A stretch of 64,000 nucleotides of DNA from Lama glama (taxonomy: Eukaryota), in assembly GCA_028534125.1 (NCBI GenBank), contig CM052816.1, positions 58,964,001-59,028,000 of the forward strand. The letters are read 5' to 3'. The notes under the pieces are model-generated. The model was not told the DNA's origin, ran no database searches, and saw only the letters and a program-made list of their open reading frames with translations. The translations under genes and the position numbers were made by a program. Shown piece by piece: positions 11,690-22,696 of this stretch; the first letter of the stretch is position 1; the number at the start of each line of letters is the position of its first letter.

Positions 11690-11990
11690 ATGGTCAGTAA
11701 AGGGGAGGGGAGATGAGTCTTGAGTGGGAGGCTGGGCCAGGTTTGGAAGGACCTCACAGGCCCCGTGATGGGATTTTTGCTCTATTCTGAAAGACTTGCC
11801 GAGGGAGTGGTAGGGAACAAGAGTTGATTTTTTTTTTTGAATGAACTATAAAGATGATAACATAAGAACTTTGTTATAACATAAGAACAGATATCACTCT
11901 GACACCAGTGTATAAGATGAAGCGGAGGGGACTGGAACTGGGTAGGGAGGGAGGTAGTGGCAGTTTGGGTGAGAAGAGGTGAAGGAGAAG
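11690..11990 (-). mobile_element. L2 LINE fragment
   Basis: GGGCCAGGTTTGGAAGGACCTCACAGGCC...GATATCACTCTGACACCAGTGTATAAGATGAA purine-rich antisense L2 pattern. Confidence 0.6.
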
Positions 11991-12769
11991 AGAGACATCA
12001 ACATTCCTCTCCTGGGTGACACTGAACAGTGCAAGCTGAAAAGTAAACTTGTCACTGGCCTGTGCGAGCAGTTTCCTGCTGACAATCAAAGTGGCTCACA
12101 GCTGTCTCTCCAGCTTGCCCAATTCTGCATGTAGGAGCTGACACATTGATGTGATGGCTTGGTTAGCAGCTGAGCAGTGCCCTTTGACTCCTTTCCTCAC
12201 CGTCCACATGTTTGCCCGCCACCTGGTCTCGTCCTGTCTCCTCCCCGCTCTCAGGCTCTGTTATCCAAATTCAAACAGTAGATGTTCCGTTTCTTTCTGA
12301 TAGCTCTGCCCATTGATGAGACCATTTCAGACATTCCGTGTGTCTGTGTGGGAGCATTGCTTCCCTTCCCTGGCCTCACACACAACACAGTCACTTGGGA
12401 GGAGCCTAAAACTCACAATTTACACAGGCTGAGTTGAGACCATTTTTTCCTTTACTGTGGCATTTTGACAGCAAGAAAAATGACACTGGGATAGCGCTTA
12501 TTGATTCACAGAAGACCTTCCTTGTGAATTTGGATAGAGATCTATCTGTGCAGTCTAGACAAATCTATGTCTATTTGGGAGGTAAAAGCTAAAGTATTAG
12601 AGATGTTGTCGCTGAAATTGACGTAAAGAGAGTGTTTTCCCAGTAGCTAGTGCCGAAGTAATCCATACACATATTTGATTCAATAAATATTCTTATAAAT
12701 TATATTGAGGATGGTATTTTACATCTGGGGAATAATTCTTATACAGTAGAAGTAAGGGAAAAATAAATT

Positions 12770-13130
12770 GGGAATATACTGCTCAGTTCTGGCCATGTGG
12801 TCATTTTAATGATGCCATAAAAACAGAGATGGAGCAAATGAGTGCTTCTTTACGAGGATGGGCTGACTACTTAATGCTCTCAATCTGGAAAGATGAAGGT
12901 AGAGTGAGATGTGATAAAAAGTTTACAGTGTCATGAGGGGAATGAATCAGGTGAGTAACAACTTGGGAAAATGAGAGTAAGGAACATATACTGAAGGTAG
13001 TTTGAGGACAAAAGAAAGTGCGGCTTTACACATTTATAGGAAAATCGTGATTCATTATTCCGAAAAGTAGTTAGGTCAGATATGATGGGATTCAAGCAGG
13101 GCTTAGATAAACTTAAGGATGTAAAGTCAG
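12770..13130 (+). mobile_element. CR1/L3 LINE 3' fragment
   Basis: ATACTGCTCAGTTCTGGCC...AATCTGGAAAGATGAAGG...GGGATTCAAGCAGGGCTTAGATAAACTTAAGGATG matches the CR1 ORF2 end (FKxGLDK). Confidence 0.6.
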
Positions 13131-13499
13131 CAGTGGGTATATTTAAGAAATATGTCCACAGTTTTGGTTTTAAGTCACAAAAATATCATGTTTATTGGAG
13201 AAGAATTAGAAAAATCATATTAACAACATTTTTAAAAATTAAAAAACCCCTACAATCCCTTAGTGATAGTAACTGCTGGTACTTTGCTACCTAAATAAAT
13301 ACTTTATTTTCCTATTTATTTAATCTCCCCAAATGGGCTCAAACTAAACATGTTGCAATTTTTTCAACATAATATTTTATGATCATCTTTTAATGCCAAT
13401 AACTTTGTAGCTACACAAATACTTTAAAGTATAAGGTGTTGTTAATTATGGATTTACTATAATTATCTTAACCAATTCCATATTGCTAACTGCGTTCTG

Positions 13500-15200
13500 G
13501 GTTTACTTACTTGTTTATCTTCTAGGTTTATGATTCTTTTGTCAACTTAAAAATGTCCCATTGGATTTCAAGTGCAATTGCATTAAGTTTACAGGTAAAT
13601 TTGGTGGACATCTTTATAGTATAGGTAATTTTATCTGGAAACACAGTGTATCTTTTAATTTATTCTAGTTTTCTTTTATGTCTTTCAGTAAAATTTTTAT
13701 AATTTTCTTCATACTGATCTGTATTTCTTATTAATGTGATTCTTAGATCCTCAGCATTATTATTACTATTACCTTTTACTTCTGTTGTGGGTAGTTTTCT
13801 TCCATTATTTGAGCTGTTTATTTAGGATATATAAGAAAACTATTGTTTTTAAAATGTTTTATTGTTCAAGTGGCTTCCCCACCTAACTTAGTAGTTTTAG
13901 TTGTTTTCTTAGGTCTTTCCGTTAGACAATCGAATCACCAACAAATAATTATATTTTTGCCTCCTCTTTTTCAGTATTTATACTTTTATTTTGCTTTTGT
14001 ATCCATTTTAATTGCCAAGCACTTCTAGAATTATGTTAAATAACAGATGTATGCCTGTCTCGTTTCTCATTCTAATGAAGTACTTTCATTGTTACATCTT
14101 TAGGTATAAAATTAGTGATTGGATTGAGAACTTTTCTTTTTCAGGTTACACTAAGAAAGTATTAACGTATTCATATTCTACTGAGCTCTTTTTAAAATCA
14201 AAAGTATGTTTTAATTTATTTCAAATATCTTTTTAGCACCTTTTACATGATCAGATATGTTTTCTTCTTTGACTTATTGGTGTGAATGATTTACTGGTAT
14301 TGAAAAGCACTTGTATTCCTGGAATGATTCCTATTGGTTATAGTCCTGGTTATCTATTGCTTCCGAAGTCTGTGTCAAAAATTTCATTTTGCTCACAGTC
14401 TTGTGCATTAGGAACCGGGGAAGGGTTTGGGTGAGTGGTCTATCTCTGATCCTCATGATATCAGCTGGGGCAGTTGGAGCCAAAGGATCCACTTCCAAGA
14501 TGGGTTCTTCACTTACATGTCAGCTTCCTGGGTCCCCTTGGCCTCTTTCTCTTGTTCTACATGGCCTCTCATCATATAGTGACTTTCTATCTCACTTGAA
14601 CTTCTCATGGCATAGTGACTTCTGAGTTGTCACACTGCTTACATCACATCTGGGTTGCAAGAGCAAATAATCCTATACGTAAAAGCTGTAAGACTCCTGT
14701 TGACCTGACCACAGAAGTTGCAGTATGACTTCTGCTGGATTCTGTTGGTCAAGGAAGTCGCTAAGTTCAGTCCAGATTCAAGTGGAAGGGAATTAGGCTC
14801 CATGTCCCAATGGGAGGAATAGCAAAGAATTTGGAGTTGTTTTTAATGGCTTATTATTTTTAAAATACCTAGCTGATGTGATTTGTTAATACTTCTTAAT
14901 ATATTTGCATGAACATTCCTAAGTAATGTTGGTCTGTAGATTTCTGTGCTATATTTGCCAGGTTTTTGGTTATGCCAGTTGGTTTTTAAAATTGAATTGG
15001 TTTTTAAAATTTTCATCTCTTTTCTAGTCTCTTTAACAGATTAAATAGCATTAGAATTTCTTGCTCCTTTAAGTTTTATAAAACTTCCCAGGCCAAATGC
15101 CCTTTATAATTTGACAATTCTTCAATGGCATTTTTAGTATTTTTGATCTTATTTATATCTCTTACTGCTTCTTGAGTCAATTTTGCTTTTATATATTTTT
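13500..15200 (-). mobile_element. Old L1M ORF2 fragment, split by an MLT1 LTR
   Basis: T-rich antisense ORF2 motifs: ATTGCATTAAGTTTACAGGTAAATTTGG, CAAGCACTTCTAGAATTATGTTAAATAA, CTTGTATTCCTGGAATG. Confidence 0.75.
14345..14850 (-). mobile_element. MLT1 (ERVL-MaLR) solo LTR
   Basis: GGATCCACTTCCAAGATGG...TTCTGTTGGTCAAGGAAGTC...CAGATTCAAG...GGGAGGAATAGCAAAGAATTTG. Confidence 0.8.
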
Positions 15201-17254
15201 TTGGTAAAAGAAGTCACAATAATTTTTGACAAGTATTTGTCACAACTTTCCCTGTTTTCCAGGACTGATATAGATGTCTTCTTCCTCATTTAAATTTTCT
15301 TTGTCTATTTCAGTGGGGATGTAGGAAGGAAGGCAATTTAATGCATAGGTTCAAATTGGGATCTTATGAATGTTCTTTAATATACTATAGTTCCTTTTTG
15401 GAGGAAGGAATATCTTAGAAAATGTCTATAGTGCTATCATAAGCAGAGCTTTAGGCAGAATGATCCATAAATCTATTTTTTTGGTGGCATTTAAAATTTA
15501 TGGTTTAAACTAAAACTAAATGGGAGCTAAATATGATTTTATGTTGTACTCACAGTGATGCCAAGACTGTCCCTACTGAATGAGGGCTTTCATCAAGGTA
15601 TGTCAGCTCACCAAAGAGAGAAGGAAGATGAATCCTAAATAACTGACTCTCATATCTATTGATCATCAAGACCAATAAGAAGACAGTGTGGACCCCCTGA
15701 ATTGTAGGATAATTGCTGGTTAATTTTCATAAACAGGCTTCTAGTATGAGTCTGTGTGGTGTGTGTATGTGCCTGGTGCAAGGTTCAGAAAGTCTTTTTG
15801 GGAAGGATGATGAGATTATGGGGAAGACAAGCAATGTAGGATGCTAGGAGGAGAGTTGTAAGTAACTTGCCATTGGTACAGTCTCACTCTTAGTATACGT
15901 TTCCCAATTCTGGAAACAGTTTCTAGTAAAGTGATATGGTCTATATCACTAATGACAAGAGAAAATACTAGAACTCTGGATAGTTTAGACTGGAAGCAAA
16001 TGGGTGGGTGGATCACTCATCTTGAAGACTTTGAATTTGTGTTGCAAGGAGAGGTTACAGAAAGCATCTATCCTGGTAAAACATCTCACTCTTTAGAAAG
16101 TACGTTTTACTTAAAAAGAAGCTATGGGTAGACCATGCAAAATGAGACCCAGAAATAATTGGAGAGGCGGCAGAGGAAAGATGAGAGAGTTTGAATAAGT
16201 CCTGAAAGCCCAAAGGCTAAGAATACCAGGATAATTTAAAAATACAGGGAAGATTTGAAAACACATGTAGCTGCAGGGAGGGTTGGCCAAAGAACAGAAA
16301 CAGAGAAAAACCATAGGAAATGGAAGAGAGGGGAAATGGAAAAGGATGAAGATGTTAGCCTTACAGGAATGCAGATGCACATGGAAAGATGCCCAAAAAG
16401 CCAGGCGAATGAGTGCTCTGGATGGAATTTAGTATATGTAGCTGAGGAATGAAAGCAAAACCCACCAGTATGCTAGTGACAGAGGGTGGGAAGACTACCA
16501 AAAAGACAAGGGAGAACAATGTGGGTTTCAATGGGAGGGAATATATTGTATTCAGGGGCACTTGAGCATAATACAGCCTAGCGTTTAGACACACGTTCTA
16601 GAAAACGCAAGTGCAAAGGGCAGAATAAGGAAAAGAATGTCTGGCTACTCTATATATAAACCTGTAAGTCTGAGTTAAGTGTCCCTTTGTCTACTCTGGT
16701 TACTGTTTGAGCCTTTGTTGACATGTGAAACATTTCCACAAGGTGGTTTGGGGGGTATCTTAGTGAAATGAGGCTTGTGGTGGAAAACAGACGACTATGA
16801 GAGGATTTTATGATATTTGATAGTCGCTTTATTATATAAAAACAAATTTGTTTCTTTTTTGGTTGCTCCTGTGTCCTTTGCAGAATCAGTCTCATGGTTT
16901 AAGAACTTTTCACCTTGAACATCTTTGAATTTTGTGCTTAATTGCAAATAATTTACGCAAGAGCTTTATTACGTCTTCCTAGATCAGCCCGGGATCACCT
17001 TTGAGGAACTATGTCTTCCAAGAATTTAGCTGACCACATAGTCCTAAGTCTAGAGTTTTGGGGATAAGATTTGGTTTGTAATTGCATATTTGTATTTTTG
17101 TTCCAGTGGAGTTAGAATTTACCTTGTAAGGAGTAAATATTCATCCTTTGTACCTAAAAGATGATATAGCATCTTAAAATAACCAGAAAAAGGGTACAAG
17201 AATGTCTTAACTTACTTACCTTTTTGGCTGCCGTCCATCTTCTTTTTTACCCAG

Positions 17255-17300
17255 TGGAATGAGCGTTAAAGTAAAATACAATAAAACCTATGACCACATG
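17255..17300 (+). other. Candidate 46-nt internal exon (host transcript unknown)
   Basis: Branch-like CTTAAC (17206-17211), an AG-free pyrimidine tract ending TTTTTTACCCAG (AG 17253-17254), and donor ATG|GTAAGT (17301-17306). One frame is open: GMSVKVKYNKTYDHM. Confidence 0.3.
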
Positions 17301-17719
17301 GTAAGTGAAGTCCAAATTAACCCAAAGAAAGAAAAATATCTTTAAGTTAAGGGAACTCTTAAACTAAAATATTGATTTTTGTAGCAACCTTTTGTCATCT
17401 GGGAAAAGACAGGTCTCTAGGAAGAAAAGAAGTGTGAAGAGGTGGGAAGGAAAAACGAGATGGAAGAATATCTCAGTCATTTAACAAATGCTGCGCAGGC
17501 ACCAAATTGTTGCTTTAACTTTTCAGTGACATTTTGGGCTTCTCAATTAGAGTGAAAGTTTTCTGAGGAAAGGGATTATATTCTTTTAGTTTTTTTAACA
17601 CCAATCATGAAATCCAATAGCTAAATTCAAAACAAAAATATTCTCTAGCTTTTCTGTAGCATTTGACTATGTTGAGAACTTTTCTTTCTAGATATTCTCT
17701 ATTTTTGTCTTCTTCTCTT

Positions 17720-18030
17720 GACATGGTGATCGTTGGGCTCTCATCTTCTGTCCGCTGGTGACCCCCCTGAGGTCTTCTCTCCCGATCCCTCCCATTTCAT
17801 CCTTCACATTGCTATCAAAGTTATCTTTGATTAACTCACACCCCTGCTTAAAAATCTGTGATAGTCCCCCATTAGCTACGGGAAAAATCGCAAAACCCCT
17901 TGGTCTTGTATGCAATTCCAACCCCAGAGGAAGGAGGAGGATCTGTTGCCCCCTCTCCATTGGTCTCAGTCTTATTTGTCCTCTCCAGAAACTACTATAG
18001 CCACACAAGACATGCGGCTCTCCAAGTGCC
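17720..18030 (+). mobile_element. L2 LINE fragment
   Basis: CATCCTTCACATTGCTATCAAAGTTATCTTT...CACACCCCTGCTTAAAAATCTGTGATAGTCCCCCATT. Confidence 0.6.
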
Positions 18031-19714
18031 TCTCATTACTAATCTGGGTCCTAGAAGGAGACCATAGCTGTGAAGACCTGAACATCAATTGCAGTGGAGA
18101 ATAGAGGAAAGATTGAAAAACAAGGGGCTTGTCTGAACAGTCATGATCTCAGCTGTCTGGGCAAAATGGTTTACCACTCTGAAAATAACACTGTTGCTTG
18201 TATACAAAGACCTTGATGGAGAAATTCCATGGCTTGAGAGCAGAGTGGAGTGTGTTGGTTTGTGTTCAGCGTGTTTGCTCTGTTGTTTTGAGAAGGGAGA
18301 GGGATGGCTGTGGGATATAGGGAGGCAAAAGGATGAAAGTGCTAGGGAAGTGACAGATGCCTCCATTTGTCTGAACTTACTCTGAACCACTCTAAGCACA
18401 GGAATCAAATTTCCTGGAGAACAGGTTCATGGGTTAAAGACAGGCTTTTGAGAAGCTATTTTTGGCTATTATTGTGGATGCTGTTACCCACAGTGTGCCT
18501 CTGTATGTATCATAACCATGGTGACCATATGTTTTTCTGGTTAGCACGTGTCAAGATGGTAGATTTTAATATTTACTTGGGAAAATCTGGTCACCATAGC
18601 TATGGATGACAAAGAAGGATTCTTAAATGAGCAGTGCATGGGACGCCTAATTGGCAAACAGGAAAAATTGAATGTGTTGAATAAAAACAGGGCAAAGCAT
18701 GGAGAGTCCAAGTTAATTAGAATCTGATTTCTACTACCGCATGTTCTCTTCCTTTGATCAGTTTGGTAAATTTTATCTTCTTTTTAATAACCTTAACGTG
18801 GGTCAGGTCTAAAGTTAAACTGATTAAGCATAGATAGATCTTTGGCCTGGTTTTGAAATCCAGGAAATTTTGAATTTTTATGAATAAATTGCAGTAGAGA
18901 ATGCATCATCAAGTTTGCACATGATCTTAAATTTTTTTTAAAAAAGCTGTGCTACTTGCCACAATCACCATTAGTATTGGTCAGACCATCCTTTTTTGAG
19001 CCATACATAGCACTTACTCTGTGGGTTCCTTGTAATACAAGCAGAAGCCAAAACACAGAATGTTTGACAGATCTCACAAGTCAGGTAGGATAGACTTATA
19101 ATCATTATTGCCTCCCTTCAACCGACTCAAAGGTAGCAGAAGAACACCTTGCTGTTACCTCCATATTCTCTATACATCTCGTTTCAAATCTCTGCTCTTT
19201 TCCCAGCTCCACCAGAATATGGACAACTAATCCTGCAGATTTTCCTTAGACATTGGAGTTTCAATAATCAAGTATCATGTTGTCAGAGTCTAAAAGCCTA
19301 TTTTTAATGCTGCCAGTGACTCCAAACTTCAGAATAATCAGGCTTCCGTTTACGTTTTCCTTTATAAATAAGTAACCAGGCAAATGTTCCAGATGAAGTG
19401 GGCATATTAGGGTTCTCACGATTTCCTTTTGAGCAGAAAAAGCATAAGATACTAGCAGCAGCGTGACTCAAGTCTGGGATGTAGCTCTGAATAGGGCTGG
19501 GGTGCTGAGTTGTGTTCTCAGTATCACCGCTACATCCTTGTGTAAATCAGGCTTCTGCTTGCCTTCTTCGTGGGTGAATATGTTGCAGACTCTCAGTGTT
19601 CCCCTTCCACGCCCTAGACACTGTTGCCTCAGGATTTGCTAGCATTTGGGAGGGCTCTGGCAATGGTGGAACAAATCTATCGCTGTAATGGGGTATCATA
19701 GCGGTTCCAGTGCG

Positions 19715-19935
19715 TAAGAGAGGGTGCTTGCTGACTTTATCTGCTCTCCCAGACCCTTTCTTCCCCACTTCACCTTGTTTCGTGCCCCAGGAGGCTGACC
19801 TGGGTGAACAGTATCAATGAGCTACCAAGCCCTCAACTTCCTGTTGGGTTTGGCAGTGGGAGCTCTGTCGGCAGATGGCAGGGAGAGAGGAGAATGGGAC
19901 CCAGGAACTCATTTTCTTGGCGCTCTCCCTGTGTG
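19715..19935 (+). mobile_element. LTR33-type ERVL LTR, 5' portion (3' portion ~20468-20600)
   Basis: GTGCCCCAGGAGGCTGACCT...CTTCCTGTTGGGTTTGGCAGTGGGAG...GGGAGAGAGGAGA. The distal piece ends TTCTACCAGTGACCCTGCCTGAC. Confidence 0.7.
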
Positions 19936-19974
19936 CTCGCTGGATCCTGCCGGGAGAGGGACACTCTGGCCGGG

Positions 19975-20465
19975 TGTGATTTCTTCCGCTGTGTTCTGAG
20001 CTGCCTGGGTTACCAGACCCCTTGCCCTCGGGGCAGTTACACCAGAGCTCTGGCTTTTATTTGGAGCCTGGGAGAGCGGAGGAAACAAGTCTTCTCCATC
20101 AGTGCTGCTGGCACCGAACGAGGCTTCTTGAGTCAGCAAGAGAGAAGAGATTCCGAAACATCGCCGCGTCTCTGATGGCCCCTCCCGTCCTCCCCACCAA
20201 CCCGCCCCCGCCGCCTCCTGCCTCCCCGTCTCTCCTCTGGCGCTGGCTGCCCGGGACCATCCCGGGGTCAGGCGTCAGGGAGGGGAGCTGCGCTGAAGCA
20301 CCGGGCGGGGTGTCTCCTTCCTGCCGGTCTTCTTTGGCATTCCTGTCCCCTTGCAAAGCAGAAGCCCATTAGCAAGTGAAATGTCAGAGTTTCAAACAAA
20401 CAAACAGGCTTTGCCGTCTGCCAAGTCGTTTGGGTGAAATCACAAAGAAATCTCAGTGTCGTACC
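19975..20465 (+). mobile_element. LTR75-like ERVL LTR nested in the LTR33-type element
   Basis: CCAGACCCC...GCAGTTACACCAGAGCTCTGGCTTTTATTTGG...GAGGCTTCTTGAGTCAGCA matches my recollection of LTR75. Confidence 0.55.
20110..20330. promoter_or_regulatory. Small CpG-rich, GC-box-containing patch (possible LTR-derived promoter/enhancer)
   Basis: About 19 CpG in 220 nt by hand count, CCCGCCCCCG and GGGCGGGG GC boxes, and TGAGTCAGCA (AP-1/NF-E2-like) at 20129-20138. Confidence 0.45.
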
Positions 20466-21249
20466 CCTAGCTGGGGCCTCCTCTCAGGGGATTCAGTAAT
20501 CCTTCATGGCAGGAGCAGGACTCACTTTCTCCCGGCTTGCTCACGAGTGCCCATCTCCAAAGCCGTGACTCTTTTCTACCAGTGACCCTGCCTGACCAAC
20601 CTTAGTGAGATCCCAGGGAGCTGGGTTACCCTTTGTCCACTGTTGATCTGGGTGCATGGGTCACTGGAATTGGATGGATCCCCTTCCTTGCATCCTTTCC
20701 CGGTCACACGTTCCCTAGGGAAGCTTCCTTCCTCACTTGCCTTTTCTTGACTAACTCATCGGAAAAAGTCCCAGGGATTGCTCCCGGTTGAAGACAGTGG
20801 TTGGGGACACTAACACTATCTCTGCTCAACCAGTATAGCTGACTTATCAAATTCGGGTAATGCAGGAGGGAGGAAGATGCCAACTCGAGTTGTGTTCCTT
20901 GGCAAAGAAATAGTAAACAGCAAAACAGTCATTTCAGAGGGCAAACTGGCTCACTAATAAAGCATGGCTCACGATGGAAAATAACTCAGAAGAAAGTAGG
21001 GAGCAAATGGATTTAGTTGCTATGGGAACGTGGTTGGAAAAAAACATGAAATATGTAAATACCGTAATTTGGTATTTTAATGTACTTCTTTTCCATGAAG
21101 AAAATTCCCTGACAACTAAAACTAACAACTCATTCTTTTGCTATACACAGTGCTGATTGACAGAGGTGAGGCGAGTGGGTTTCTGAATTCCGTTTTGCCT
21201 CTAGGAGCAAATATAGCTTTATTCTCAGGCATAAAAATCAAACATCTAT

Positions 21250-21420
21250 TGGCTGAATGTTAGAATCAGTTGGGGAAGTTGAAAAAAATTGGCCACACCT
21301 GGTCTGATTAAATCAGATTCAGCGGGGAGGGGGTTGCTGGTGGGGATGGGGCCTGGGCATTGCTATTTTTAAAAAGGTCCTCAGCCTTTTGTAATGGGCA
21401 GCCAGTGTGGCAAACCACTG
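21250..21420. mobile_element. MER5-family hAT-Charlie MITE
   Basis: TTAGAATCAGTTGGGGAAGTT...GGGGCCTGGGCATTGCTATTTTTAAAAAG...GCAGCCAGTGTGGCAAACCACTG. Confidence 0.75.
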
Positions 21421-21524
21421 GCGTAGAATCCTGATTTGGAAGATTTGGTGAATGTGGATCACTTATTTTGCTGTATGCCTTCACTAGGTTTTATTTCACC
21501 AGGTTTTTGATGATTTGGACATTT

Positions 21525-21607
21525 AAAAATGAAAAGAAAAAAAAAATTCAGTAGGGGTACTTGTGCATGCTAAGCATGTGCTCTACCACTAAACTATACC
21601 CACCCCC
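21525..21607 (-). mobile_element. Internally deleted Vic-1-type SINE
   Basis: GTGCATGCTAAGCATGTGCTCTACCACTAAACTATACCC, flanked by a perfect 14-bp TSD TGATTTGGACATTT (21511-21524, 21608-21621). Confidence 0.8.
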
Positions 21608-22696
21608 TGATTTGGACATTTTTAATTCCAATTATGTGATTAGCAATTATCACTCTTCCATTATTTGTGTTACTCTCTTCACCATAATAGATTAGTGCTT
21701 CTCTTATTATTTAGGGTAAACATATGATGCTATATTATAAATCATTATCACTCAACCACAGTAATGATGATTAATTGCTGTTATTTTAAAAATTATGAGT
21801 TGATAATAATAATTTGAGAAGTTTAGATGTTGCTCTAACTGGTGATATCAATCTATATTTTAATAATTACCATTGTAAACTATCATTAGGCATATAATCA
21901 ATTGATAGAAAATGTTTTTATAGACATAATTGTTCAACCTGCTTAGCAATAGTCCACACTAGAGTTGGTAAGTGGCATTTTTGTTTTCCAGATGGTAAAA
22001 ATGTTACACACAAGAGACAGGTAACTTGCATTAGTTTAAATGTTGCAACCATGACATACTTGAGTGCAGAACTCCAAAATTTCAATTTTTTTTCTCATTA
22101 TCTGGATCCTATGTCTTTATCTTTGTCCAGCATGAAGTCTCAGTCTGCCTTCTATGGGTTTACTCCAGGAACAAAACTATAAGTTAAGGCAGAACTTACT
22201 GGTATCCAGAGAGAATTTGAATGGATACAGAAGGAAGTTCATTAAATAGGAAGCAAGAATGAATTGTGAAAATATCCCCTGGTTATCCAGTGTAGATTCA
22301 GGTGGTCAGAGGGCCAGGAGGTTACTTGGGATTCCAACCAATGGAAGTTTTGCTTTCTTCTGAAACATTCTCACTTTTTTTTTAACCTTTTATATGATCA
22401 TTATTATGTTCATCCCTTGGGGGCCAGCCCTTGGGTCCTGTCTGACTAGCTTCATACTGTCTCTTCCATCCAGGCTGCTGGGTCTCCTGAAGAAAGGCAC
22501 ACATGGGGGTTCCTCCTGCAACGTGTCATCTGATAGACTTTGGGAAGACCTCCTGTTAACTCTCCAGACCAGGTTAGATTCTCTATTCTCTAGTCTCTGT
22601 TATCTGCTTCCACAGCACATTAAAAAAACCTTTTTTTTGGTAGACTTTAGCTCAATAATTAATTCATGATTACTTATATAACGCTAATCATTCCCC

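Noticed and set aside
20974..21156. 60-aa ORF with strong Kozak context (MENNSEESREQ...)
   Set aside because: No recognisable homology and no convincing splice donor; length is within chance expectation.
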